NCBI RefSeq assembly: GCF_000009705.1
Contig: NC_003272.1
Location: 570,001-602,000, forward strand
Length of the DNA stretch: 32,000 nucleotides
DNA from: Nostoc sp. PCC 7120 = FACHB-418
GTDB lineage: Bacteria > Cyanobacteriota > Cyanobacteriia > Cyanobacteriales > Nostocaceae
Reading direction: 5' to 3'
How positions within the stretch are numbered: position 1 is the stretch's first letter; each line of letters opens with the position of its first letter. Below the pieces are notes generated by a model, which was given only the letters and a program-made list of their open reading frames with translations, was not told the origin of the DNA and made no database searches. The position numbers were made by a program, and so were the translations under genes. Below, piece by piece: positions 9,145 to 18,266 of the stretch.

Positions 9145-9207
9145 TTGACTATTGACTATGGATTATTGATTATGGACTATTGACTATGGACTATTGACTA
9201 TGGACTT
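9145..9207. repeat. Nine tandem heptamers (TTGACTA/TGGACTA/TTGATTA) running into the ecfT-like start codon
   Basis: Read directly: TTGACTA TTGACTA TGGATTA TTGATTA TGGACTA TTGACTA TGGACTA TTGACTA TGGACTT. ATGs recur every 14 nt at 9158, 9172, 9186 and 9200. Confidence 0.9.
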
Positions 9208-10126
9208 ACTGCGATCGCTACCCTTAGGATTATACTTAGAACAACCACAAACTTGGCTACATAAATTAGACCCGCGAGTCAAGTTTATTTGGTTAATGAG
9301 TTTCCTTACCAGCTATAGTTTTGCTAATAACCTCTGGCGGATACTACTGGTAGCATTATTAATCCTTTTTACTCTCATTGCCAGAATACCTCGGCGAGTG
9401 TGGCAACAACAGATGGGCTGGTTGTTAACATTATCATTTTTTGTGTTGGCGATCGCGGCCATTAGTCCTGATGGATTGGGTGTAGACTATCAATCACGTT
9501 TACCAACTAACCCACAAGTTTTAACCCAGTCAGCCAATACAAATAATTCTGCCACAGCCACAGAACAATTAAAGAGCAGTAAAAGCTATACTTACGTACT
9601 GTTTCACAAAGGCCCGGTGAAAGTAACTCGCCGTTCTTTAGATTTAGCGGTACGCATAAGTACAATTATATTCACTGTTATTTACAGCACCAATTTATAT
9701 CTTTTGACAACTGCACCAGAGGAAATTACAGCTGGCGTAGAAAGCCTCATGCAGCCTCTACGACGGTTTAAAATACCTGTAACCGAAATTACCTTGACTT
9801 TAACTTTATCCTTGCGTTTTATTCCCTTAGTCTTAGAAGAAGTGCAGAATTTAGTCCGTTCTGTCATGACTAGGGCGATTAACTGGAAAAAACTGGGCTT
9901 AAAAGGCGCGGTCAAAGTTTGGATGATTGTCGCCGAGAGACTATTAGAAAATTTGCTATTAAGGGCATCACAAATGGCCAGTGCCATGATGGTACGCGGT
10001 TTTACCAGTCCCAACGAACATCGAGTCCCCTGGCACGACCTACGCTTAAAATTACGGGATTGGTTAGCGATCGCCTCTTTGACTATATTCTGGGGAATAA
10101 GAGTAGTCTTTGGCAATCAAATTTAA
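9200..10126 (+). CDS. ecfT: ECF-transporter transmembrane (T) component, CbiQ/EcfT family
   Basis: Polytopic membrane protein that starts MDLLRSLPLGLYLEQPQTWLHKLDPRVKF. The conserved C-terminal region is SLRFIPLVLEEVQNLVRSVMTRA...MVRGF. I prefer the ATG at 9200 over the TTG at 9194. Confidence 0.8.
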   Translation: MDLLRSLPLGLYLEQPQTWLHKLDPRVKFIWLMSFLTSYSFANNLWRILLVALLILFTLIARIPRRVWQQQMGWLLTLSFFVLAIAAISPDGLGVDYQSRLPTNPQVLTQSANTNNSATATEQLKSSKSYTYVLFHKGPVKVTRRSLDLAVRISTIIFTVIYSTNLYLLTTAPEEITAGVESLMQPLRRFKIPVTEITLTLTLSLRFIPLVLEEVQNLVRSVMTRAINWKKLGLKGAVKVWMIVAERLLENLLLRASQMASAMMVRGFTSPNEHRVPWHDLRLKLRDWLAIASLTIFWGIRVVFGNQI

Positions 10127-10726
10127 TAGCTATATGAACTTACAAGCTAGAAGAAGCAGGAGAGCAATTGCCCCAGAACAGAGGAAAGAACTCATGACAA
10201 CTGACAACTAAACTAATGACCAATTACCAATTTCCTCTAAAACTGTAGCAATGCAGACTGTTGTTAGGAACAGTTATTAGGAGAATGCGCCTGTGGGCTA
10301 TTTTGCTCCAACGAAGGATAATTATGGCAACATGGAGAGAAGTTAGAGTAAACAGCAGTATGAGAGTCTGTGCCTACAACTTCAGAGGGCGCATCCCCAT
10401 GTCACTGGACACCGCAAATAAACGCATCAGGGATTTTCAGCGTTGTCAATAATTTTCTTATCTCCCTGCTCCTGGGCAATTGCTCCACTTGGGCAAAGCC
10501 CTTGGCGCAGCCTTTCGTAGAGAATACCGCATTGCTCCCCTACCTCTTCTCTTAGCATCGTCTACCTACAAGGATGAGATCAAGGTCTTTACAAGCTCCA
10601 TTTAAGGGTAAAATTTGCTGATTCTCACCTGACTTTATGCAAATATTCTGGCACAAGAGGTATTATTGTCCGAATATTTGTCTTTCACTGCGAAAAAAAT
10701 TATAGATTCTCCTACTCGATTGATAG

Positions 10727-11005
10727 ATGAATCCAGAAAACTCGGAAACTTACATAAATCACCCTACTTGGGGTTTGCTATATCGGATCTGCATGGTTGA
10801 TGAAAGCCAGGATTTGTTCACAACACTTTACGCTCAACGCTTATTCTTTCTAGTAGGGAATGACATTAAAGCTATAAAGTTTCAACCGATAGGACGCACT
10901 GAGGCGAGAATGTTGTTAGAAAATCGCTTGCGTAATTTGCGTCGCAATGGTCAATCACAGGAGTACGATCAGCTTCAGAGTGTTTTCCAACGCACCTTCC
11001 AATGA
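10727..11005 (+). CDS. pipX: PII-interacting protein PipX
   Basis: 92 aa. The stretch YINHPTWGLLYRICMVD...LFTTLYAQRLFFLV...FQPIGRTEARMLLENRLRNLRR matches my recollection of Synechococcus PipX. Confidence 0.93.
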   Translation: MNPENSETYINHPTWGLLYRICMVDESQDLFTTLYAQRLFFLVGNDIKAIKFQPIGRTEARMLLENRLRNLRRNGQSQEYDQLQSVFQRTFQ

Positions 11006-11670
11006 TTAGTTCGATCAACGAACGTATTACTCAAATTCGGGCTTCCCTACCGCCTTCAGTCAGGCTAATTGCTGTCACAAAGCAAATGCCGACTGAAGTT
11101 ATTCGTGCTGCTTATGCTGCTGGTATCCGCGATTTTGGCGAAAATCGTATCCAAGAAGCTGCTAGTAAAAAAGCCCAGTTACATGACTTACCGGATATTA
11201 CTTGGCACTTTATTGGACATTTGCAAGCGAACAAAGCCAAAAAAGCTCTAGAACAATTTCAATGGATTCACTCTGTAGATAATTTGAAACTAGCACAGCG
11301 TTTAGACCAACTAGCGCAACAGCTAGGAGTCAATCCTCAAGTTTGTCTACAGGTGAAAATCCTCCCAGATCCGAATAAGTCTGGTTGGACTGTACCAGAA
11401 CTGCTGACAGATTTACCTGCACTCAACCACTGTAAAACTTTACAAATTCAGGGTTTAATGACAATTCCGCCTTTTGGCTTAAATGATGCGGAAATTTTTT
11501 ATGTATTTAATACTACTTACAAATTAGCCAAAGATATTGCTGAACAAAACTGGGATCATATTCACATGGGTCAGTTGTCGATGGGTATGTCAGGGGACTA
11601 CCAACTTGCAGTACAAGCTGGGGCGACGATGGTAAGATTGGGGACTATATTATTTGGGCAGCGTACTTAA
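11002..11670 (+). CDS. pipY: YggS-family PLP-binding protein (PLP homeostasis; PipY)
   Basis: Has an AVTK PLP-lysine motif, FGENRIQE and HFIGHLQANK. Its ATGA start overlaps the pipX stop. Confidence 0.9.
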   Translation: MISSINERITQIRASLPPSVRLIAVTKQMPTEVIRAAYAAGIRDFGENRIQEAASKKAQLHDLPDITWHFIGHLQANKAKKALEQFQWIHSVDNLKLAQRLDQLAQQLGVNPQVCLQVKILPDPNKSGWTVPELLTDLPALNHCKTLQIQGLMTIPPFGLNDAEIFYVFNTTYKLAKDIAEQNWDHIHMGQLSMGMSGDYQLAVQAGATMVRLGTILFGQRT

Positions 11671-12042
11671 GCAATATTACTCGGATTTTTTTCTAGTATC
11701 AAATAGCCATGGGTATGGAATACGGACAATTATTTTCCATAATAGTGCAATAAGTTACAAGATTTCCACTGTAAATAAAAGTAAATAATCACGAGAACGC
11801 ACTAAAAATAACTTTAGTCAACTTTCTTTCGGATAATTGTTGGGATATAATCTTGACTCAATTATTGTATCTAGGTTAATGTACAGGCGTTCCCAATAGC
11901 GTTAGTCCATTGCCAATAGCAGTAGTAGATGCTACAAATAGCGATAAAATTAATAGGCTATTTGCCCTTAGTAGCTAGTTAAACAGCTACATTAACGATT
12001 AACCGGATAATTAGAGGCAATTTGCAGAAGGAGTGCAACTAA

Positions 12043-12639
12043 ATGAACAATATATTTTCTAAACTGCGAGACTTTGTTGGTCTCAACGAGCAGGTAGAAT
12101 ACGAGTACTACGAAGAAGAGGCAGATACAGATAACTACCAAAACCTGTATCAACAAGAAAATCCCCAACCAGCACCAGCAGAGGCTGCCCCAAACAATCG
12201 ACGTTGGCGCGAACCCATGACTACAATGGGTGATGACGTAGCAGCAGGAACAAAATCGGCGATGGGGAATGTGATTGGTATGCCAGGAGCAATTAACGGA
12301 ATTTCTGAAGTATTGGTGCTTGAACCTCGTACATTTGAAGAAATGCCCCAGGCAATTCAAGCATTGCGTGAACGTAAATCAGTAGTGCTGAACTTGACCA
12401 TCATGGACCCAGATCAAGCACAAAGAGCTGTTGATTTTGTTGCAGGTGGAACCTACGCGCTAGATGGACATCAAGAACGGATTGGCGAAAGTATCTTTTT
12501 GTTTACCCCCAGCTGTGTGCAAGTCAGCACCCAAGGTGGAGTTATTCATGAAGTACCCCAACCCCCAGCACGTCCAGCACGACCAGCTTCAACTAATCCG
12601 CCAGCTTGGGGCAACGAAACCAACCGGATGGCACAATAA
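12043..12639 (+). CDS. sepF: Cell-division protein SepF
   Basis: N-terminal [14 protein letters not shown] amphipathic helix and a low-complexity linker. The conserved core is [29 protein letters not shown]...[31 protein letters not shown]. Confidence 0.9.
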   Translation: MNNIFSKLRDFVGLNEQVEYEYYEEEADTDNYQNLYQQENPQPAPAEAAPNNRRWREPMTTMGDDVAAGTKSAMGNVIGMPGAINGISEVLVLEPRTFEEMPQAIQALRERKSVVLNLTIMDPDQAQRAVDFVAGGTYALDGHQERIGESIFLFTPSCVQVSTQGGVIHEVPQPPARPARPASTNPPAWGNETNRMAQ

Positions 12640-12688
12640 AGTTAAATTAGTCATTAGTCCATAGTCAAGAGTCCAAATGAGAAAATTT

Positions 12689-12744
12689 TTGACTATTGAC
12701 TATTGATTAACGAATAACGACTAACGACTAACGACTAATGACTA
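12689..12744. repeat. Eight tandem heptamers (TTGACTA / ACGACTA family); the last unit, ATGACTA, supplies the proC start codon
   Basis: TTGACTA TTGACTA TTGATTA ACGAATA ACGACTA ACGACTA ACGACTA ATGACTA. The proC ATG is at 12738. Confidence 0.9.
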
Positions 12745-13550
12745 TAAAATTTGGTTTAATTGGTGGCGGGGTAATGGGAGAAGCGCTCTTATCCCGCCTT
12801 ATTGCGCGGGGAATTTATCAACCATCAGAAGTCATAGTCAGCGAACCGCAAACAGCGCGACAAGCTTTTTTACAACAAAAATATCATGTGGGTGTGACCA
12901 CAGATAACAGTTTGGTATTCACACAAGCTCAAGACGTTGTATTCTTGGCGGTGAAACCACAAGTGTTTAGTGCGATCGCTCAAGAATTAGCAGATACAGT
13001 ATTCACAGACCATTCCCCCCTTGTCGTCTCCATTCTTGCAGGGGTGTCTCTAAGCCAGCTAGAAGCGGCGTTTCCCCAATCACCAGTCATTAGAGCCATG
13101 CCCAATACCCCAGCCACTGTAGGCTCAGGGATGACCGCTATCTGCTCTGGTGCCTACACTTATGCCCAACACCAAAAATTGGCGCAACAAATTTTTTCCG
13201 CAGTAGGGGAAGTAGTCGAAGTTTCCGAAAGTTTGATGGATGCAGTCACCGGGCTTTCTGGCAGTGGCCCGGCTTACGTAGCTTTATTGGTAGAAGCCCT
13301 CGCTGATGGGGGAGTGGCATCGGGTTTACCCAGAGGAATAGCCAATCAACTAGCATTACAAACTGTGCTAGGAACAGCCCAACTATTACACGAAAGTAAA
13401 CTCCACCCAGCCGAACTCAAAGACCGAGTTACTAGCCCTGGCGGTACTACCATCGCGGGGATTGCCCAACTAGAAAAAGCGGGATTCCGTTCAGCCTTAA
13501 TCGAAGCCGTCAAAGCAGCTACATGGCGATCGCAAGAACTAGGAAAATAG
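12738..13550 (+). CDS. proC: Pyrroline-5-carboxylate reductase
   Basis: Has IGGGVMGEAL Rossmann, AVKPQ, RAMPNTPA and VTSPGGTT motifs. Confidence 0.95.
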   Translation: MTIKFGLIGGGVMGEALLSRLIARGIYQPSEVIVSEPQTARQAFLQQKYHVGVTTDNSLVFTQAQDVVFLAVKPQVFSAIAQELADTVFTDHSPLVVSILAGVSLSQLEAAFPQSPVIRAMPNTPATVGSGMTAICSGAYTYAQHQKLAQQIFSAVGEVVEVSESLMDAVTGLSGSGPAYVALLVEALADGGVASGLPRGIANQLALQTVLGTAQLLHESKLHPAELKDRVTSPGGTTIAGIAQLEKAGFRSALIEAVKAATWRSQELGK

Positions 13551-13569
13551 TTATTAATCGATGTTTTGC

Positions 13570-13604
13570 CTGTTGACTGTTGACAGTTAAATAATGACTA
13601 ATGT
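13570..13604. repeat. STRR3-like heptamers (CTGTTGA CTGTTGA CAGTTAA ...)
   Basis: Read directly in the proC-helicase spacer. Confidence 0.7.
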
Positions 13605-13661
13605 CGAAGTTGACAAAAGACTCGTTAATATAGTAAACAGTCTGGTTGAAAAATTAATTGA

Positions 13662-16343
13662 GTGAATTATCCCGCGCCGTCTCCCGAACTAGACTTAGGG
13701 TTGATATTTCCCTTTGATCTGGATCAGTTTCAAAAAGATGCGATCGCGTCCCTTAACGCGGGACGCTCTGTTGTCGTGTGTGCGCCCACAGGTTCGGGCA
13801 AAACTTTAGTAGGAGAATACGCCATTTATCGTGCTTTAACACGGGGGAAACGAGTGTTTTACACCACTCCCTTAAAGGCGTTATCTAATCAAAAATTACG
13901 TGATTTTCGTGAGAAATTTGGGTTTGAGCAAGTTGGGCTGTTAACTGGTGATGCTTCCATCAACAGAGACGCGCCAATTTTGGTGATGACTACCGAGATT
14001 TTTCGGAATATGCTCTACGGTACACCAATCGGGCAAGTCGGCATCTCTCTTGTAGATGTGGAAGCGGTGGTACTAGACGAGTGCCACTACATGAACGATC
14101 GCCAAAGGGGTACAGTCTGGGAAGAGTCAATCATTTATTGTCCCCGTGGAGTACAGTTAGTAGCTTTATCTGCCACTGTCGCCAACAGTGATCAACTTAC
14201 CGACTGGCTAAGTCGTGTCCACGGCCCCACTGATCTGATTTACTCTGATTTTCGCCCTGTACCCTTAGAGTTTCACTACTGTAATCCCAAGGGACTGTTT
14301 CCCCTGTTGAATGATAGCAAAACTAAAATTAATCCTCGTTTAGCCAATAGAGGTAAAAAACGGCAAGGGGATAGAGGGAAAAATGGCAGACCAGAAGCCC
14401 CCAGCCTTATCTACACTTTGAACCACCTCCAACAAAGAGATATGCTGCCGGCGATTTATTTCATCTTCAGCCGTCGGGGATGCGATAAAGCCGTGGCAGA
14501 AGTGGGGGATTTATGGCTAGTTAATAATGAAGAGTCCCAGATACTACGACGGCAAATTGATGATTTTTTAGCCCGTAACCCCGAAGCCGGTCGTTCTGGA
14601 CAAATAGCCCCCCTTTATCGAGGGGTTGCTGCTCACCACGCCGGGATTTTACCAGCCTGGAAAGTTTTGGTAGAAGAACTATTTCAACAAGGACTGATTA
14701 AAGTCGTATTTGCCACAGAAACCTTGGCAGCAGGAATTAATATGCCTGCCCGGACAACGGTTATTTCCACCCTATCCAAACGCACCGACACCGGACACCG
14801 CCTCTTAAACGCATCGGAATTCTTACAAATGGCGGGTAGGGCGGGCCGTCGGGGGATGGATAAGCAAGGTCATGTGGTGACGGTGCAGACTCCTTTTGAA
14901 GGCTCAAAAGAAGCGGCATATTTAGCCACATCCAAACCAGACCCACTAGTCAGTCAGTTTACCCCTAGCTATGGCATGGTTTTGAACTTACTGCAAACCC
15001 ACACCATAGATGAAGCCAAGGAACTGATCGAACGTAGTTTTGGGCAGTACATGGCGACTTTGCATTTAAGACCAGATTACGAAGAAATTGCGGCTCTAGA
15101 AGGCGAATTAGCCAAACTACAAGAGCAAATCAACGCCGTTGACGAAAATGATATCCTGATTTATGAAAAATTACGGCAACGGTTGAAAGTAGAGCGTCAG
15201 CTACTAAAGACTCTACAAGAGCAAGCCCAGGAGGAGCGACAAGAACAAATTAAAATGCTCTTGGATTTTGCTGTTTTGGGAACGCTGTTGAGTTTGAAGG
15301 GTCAAAACTTTAAAGTTTCCACACCCATAACCGCAGTTTTAGTTGGCAAAACTTCCGGTTCTACTCAATCTGCTTGCTTGGTCTGCTTGGGACAAGATAA
15401 CCGATGGTATGTTGCTGCTACTGCGGATGTAGTTGATTTATATGCCGAACTTCCGCGAGTAGATGTACCGCCAGATATCTTACCACCACCAGAATTGATG
15501 CTCAAACCAGGGCAATCCAGTCGTGGTGCAAAAGAAACAATGGCGATCGCACAAAGTATCCCCGATCCTCAACAATCTCTGCATCTGTCCCCAGAGGTAG
15601 CCGAACAACTCAGCCGCACCGCCGCTATCCAAGCTCAATTAGAAGCTAATCCCCTGCATCAATCGGGTAATGTATCCATGGTCTTCAAAGCTCGCGCCCG
15701 CTATGTCGAACTGGAAGCCGAACTCGAAGAGATACAGGCGCAAGTAGAACAGCAATCTCAGCGCTATTGGGAAGAATTTCTCAATTTAATTACCATCTTG
15801 CAGCAATTCGATTGCTTAGATAACTTAGTTCCTACTGCACTCGGTCAAATTGCTGCCGCTATTCGCGGGGAAAATGAACTGTGGTTAGGTCTAGCTTTAG
15901 CTAGTGGAGAGTTAAATAACTTAGACCCCCACCATCTAGCAGCAACTATCGCCGCTTTAGTTACAGAAACTCCCCGTCCAGATAGCAGAGTTAACTTCAA
16001 CCTTTCCCCAGAAATAGACGACGCTTGGTCGAGATTACAAAAGACCCGTCGGGCTGTCTTAAAGGTGCAGTACCGACATGGTGTAGCCTTACCTGTAGGC
16101 TTGGAAAATCGCTATATTGGCTTGATTGCCCTTGTGGAACAGTGGGCTTTAGGGATCGAATGGGTTGAACTTTGCCAAAACACCACCTTAGATGAAGGTG
16201 ATGTAGTGCGAATTTTACGCCGTTCTTTAGACTTATTATCCCAGATACCCCACGTTCCTAATTTACCCGATGTTTTACAGCGTAATGCCTACCGTGCCAT
16301 GCAACTGATTGATCGATTCCCGGTGAATGAGGTTGTGGAGTAG
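13662..16343 (+). CDS. Ski2/HelY-like DEAD/DEAH-box (superfamily 2) RNA helicase with C-terminal DSHCT-like region
   Basis: Has CAPTGSGKT, DECH, SAT and QMAGRAGRRG motifs. GTG start. 893 aa. Confidence 0.9.
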   Translation: MNYPAPSPELDLGLIFPFDLDQFQKDAIASLNAGRSVVVCAPTGSGKTLVGEYAIYRALTRGKRVFYTTPLKALSNQKLRDFREKFGFEQVGLLTGDASINRDAPILVMTTEIFRNMLYGTPIGQVGISLVDVEAVVLDECHYMNDRQRGTVWEESIIYCPRGVQLVALSATVANSDQLTDWLSRVHGPTDLIYSDFRPVPLEFHYCNPKGLFPLLNDSKTKINPRLANRGKKRQGDRGKNGRPEAPSLIYTLNHLQQRDMLPAIYFIFSRRGCDKAVAEVGDLWLVNNEESQILRRQIDDFLARNPEAGRSGQIAPLYRGVAAHHAGILPAWKVLVEELFQQGLIKVVFATETLAAGINMPARTTVISTLSKRTDTGHRLLNASEFLQMAGRAGRRGMDKQGHVVTVQTPFEGSKEAAYLATSKPDPLVSQFTPSYGMVLNLLQTHTIDEAKELIERSFGQYMATLHLRPDYEEIAALEGELAKLQEQINAVDENDILIYEKLRQRLKVERQLLKTLQEQAQEERQEQIKMLLDFAVLGTLLSLKGQNFKVSTPITAVLVGKTSGSTQSACLVCLGQDNRWYVAATADVVDLYAELPRVDVPPDILPPPELMLKPGQSSRGAKETMAIAQSIPDPQQSLHLSPEVAEQLSRTAAIQAQLEANPLHQSGNVSMVFKARARYVELEAELEEIQAQVEQQSQRYWEEFLNLITILQQFDCLDNLVPTALGQIAAAIRGENELWLGLALASGELNNLDPHHLAATIAALVTETPRPDSRVNFNLSPEIDDAWSRLQKTRRAVLKVQYRHGVALPVGLENRYIGLIALVEQWALGIEWVELCQNTTLDEGDVVRILRRSLDLLSQIPHVPNLPDVLQRNAYRAMQLIDRFPVNEVVE

Positions 16344-16448
16344 GGAAGAGGGATTTGTAACAAAAGTTATTTATTAGTGAACAATGGGAAATGAGGAAGA
16401 GGGAATTGTAGACAGTAAGAGTGTACTTATTTTTCTACATCAAGGTAA

Positions 16449-17126
16449 ATGGTGAACCCATCTATTCAATCCATTGCAGCTGCTACCTTAGCTTTACTAG
16501 TAGGGTACTCAGTCAACCCAGTAGCTGCACTACCAAATAACAGTTATCAAAACCTGACCGTTGCTCAAGCGCCACAGTTAACAGATACCTTAATTGTCCC
16601 AGGGGAAAGGGTCGGCCCAGTGACACGCAAAACTACTCGGAGAGATTTAGCCAAAACTTTCGGTGCATCCCGTTTGGTTGATAAAACTATTGCCGGTGCT
16701 GAAGGTATAGGTAGTTTTGCCGCTACCCAAGTAAATCTCAGTCGTGGGCGTTCATTTTTGGTAGTCTGGAGTGATAAGACTCGGACGAAACCCTCAGATG
16801 TGCGCGAATTAGGTAGTGCATGGAAAACTCGTGAAGGTATTGGAGTCGGAACTCCTTGGAGCGAGTTACGCAATAAATTAGGTAATTTTAAACTATTTGG
16901 GCTGGGTTGGGACTACGGCGGCACTATTTTGTTAGAAAGTAGCAAGTTATCACGCTACCAAGGAAAATTGATTGTACGGGTAGAAGCTGCTACCAATGCT
17001 GGTGAAAAATATCCCAATGATTATCGTGCAGTTTCAGGCGATGGTACTTTTTCTTCTGGCGATCGCCACTGGAAACCTTTAGGAATGAAGGTATCACAGG
17101 TAATTGTGATTCTCAATCCCAATTAA
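16449..17126 (+). CDS. Secreted hypothetical protein
   Basis: 225-aa ORF with a signal-peptide-like N-terminus, SIAAATLALLVGYSVNPVAA. I recognise no family. Confidence 0.6.
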   Translation: MVNPSIQSIAAATLALLVGYSVNPVAALPNNSYQNLTVAQAPQLTDTLIVPGERVGPVTRKTTRRDLAKTFGASRLVDKTIAGAEGIGSFAATQVNLSRGRSFLVVWSDKTRTKPSDVRELGSAWKTREGIGVGTPWSELRNKLGNFKLFGLGWDYGGTILLESSKLSRYQGKLIVRVEAATNAGEKYPNDYRAVSGDGTFSSGDRHWKPLGMKVSQVIVILNPN

Positions 17127-17220
17127 TAAAACTGAATCAATACCTTAATCACTCGCTCAGTGATGCAATTCATCCCATTTTCCCGCACCTGATGGAAAAA
17201 TGGGCGATCGCTCTAACTGC

Positions 17221-17478
17221 TTACGGGTTTTTTTGATTATCTGACTTAAATCTACCCGCAAGAAAATCTCGTTTACCTAAGTGCTTGGTTTGACGCTTAT
17301 TAACTCGCTCTCGCCACATCCGAAAACTTGATTCTTTCATTTCGCGTTTCATGAGGGCAATTACCTGTTTCTCCAACAGCCCAAATTGAGCTTTAATTGC
17401 TTCAAAAGGAGTTCTGTCTTCCCAAGCCATTTCAATAATGCGATCTATAGTTTCGGTATCTAGTTCTGGTAGTTTCAT
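17221..17478 (-). CDS. DUF2805 / TIGR03643-family small protein
   Basis: IDRIIEMAWEDRTPFEAIKAQFGL...FRMWRERV matches my recollection of the family signature. Confidence 0.75.
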   Translation of the reverse strand: MKLPELDTETIDRIIEMAWEDRTPFEAIKAQFGLLEKQVIALMKREMKESSFRMWRERVNKRQTKHLGKRDFLAGRFKSDNQKNP

Positions 17479-17505
17479 AATATTGAGAATGGGAAAAAGC
17501 CATAT

Positions 17506-18186
17506 TTAAGCACTCTGTTCTGTTTCTGTTACTAGTTTCTGCCCAATTTTTGGTTCTGTACCTGCGAGCAAACGCTCAATATTACTCCGGTGACGCAAAA
17601 TAACATACAAGCCACCAGCAATACCAAATAAAATGTAGGGCAAGGGTTGCTGTAAAAACACCATCACAATAGAGACAGCGATCGCCCCCATGATGGAACT
17701 GAGTGATACAATCCTTGATATTGCTACCACAACAGCAAAGACACCAAAGGTAGCCAAACCTACCTGCCAATTCATGGCTAATAAAATCCCTAAGCTGGTA
17801 GCGACAGATTTACCACCTGTAAAGCCTAAGAAAATTGATTTACTATGTCCTAAGATGGCGGCGATACCTGCTAGAGTCACTAACCAAGGTTGCCAAAGTT
17901 CAATATTTACTGTTGTAGGAATCAAATTTTGATTACTGGCAAAGGTGAACAAATAGTAAACTAGAGCGATCGCCAATACGCCTTTTAAGCAGTCAAGTCC
18001 TAAAACAAATGCTCCAGGCCCTTTACCCAAGGTTCTCAAAACATTAGTTGCTCCCGTGGAACCCGAACCTACCTCACGGATATCAATACCCTTCAATTGT
18101 TTGACAGCAATATACCCCGTAGGAAAAGAACCCAACAGGTAAGCCACTAACACTACTGCACCGCATAAACTCAACCAAAAGCCCAT
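17506..18186 (-). CDS. plsY: Glycerol-3-phosphate acyltransferase PlsY
   Basis: YLLGSFPTGYI, GSGSTGATNVLR and HSKSIFLGFTGGK motifs; polytopic. Confidence 0.93.
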   Translation of the reverse strand: MGFWLSLCGAVVLVAYLLGSFPTGYIAVKQLKGIDIREVGSGSTGATNVLRTLGKGPGAFVLGLDCLKGVLAIALVYYLFTFASNQNLIPTTVNIELWQPWLVTLAGIAAILGHSKSIFLGFTGGKSVATSLGILLAMNWQVGLATFGVFAVVVAISRIVSLSSIMGAIAVSIVMVFLQQPLPYILFGIAGGLYVILRHRSNIERLLAGTEPKIGQKLVTETEQSA

Positions 18187-18266
18187 AACCGATTCACCAG
18201 AATTGATAGTCTATGGTCTATAGTTTACACTCCAGCAGTTTTCGAGTCATGACTTTTACGTCAAGG

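Noticed and set aside
9145-9207. Tandem repeats considered as a possible CRISPR array (also 12689-12744 and 7372-7425)
   Set aside because: The units are contiguous 7-9-mers with no spacers and no cas genes. They fit the STRR family of heterocystous cyanobacteria.
9682-10116. Minus-strand 144-aa ORF
   Set aside because: It is antisense to the well-supported ecfT-like membrane protein gene and has no motifs.
10261-10555. ORFs 10261..10452 and 10370..10555
   Set aside because: They have non-ATG or weak starts, overlap each other, and have no recognisable domains. I cannot support them as genes, and the region is reported only as an unexplained spacer.
11992-12360. Minus-strand 122-aa Cys-rich ORF
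   Set aside because: It is antisense to sepF, whose identity is clear.
16565-16873. Minus-strand 102-aa ORF
   Set aside because: It lies antisense inside the 225-aa secreted-protein ORF, is Arg/Pro-rich and looks like a shadow frame.
17174-17204. Hairpin CCCATTTTCC...GGAAAAATGGG between convergent genes, considered as a terminator
   Set aside because: The stem is imperfect (one extra A) and no U-tract follows on either strand. That is too weak to list as a feature.
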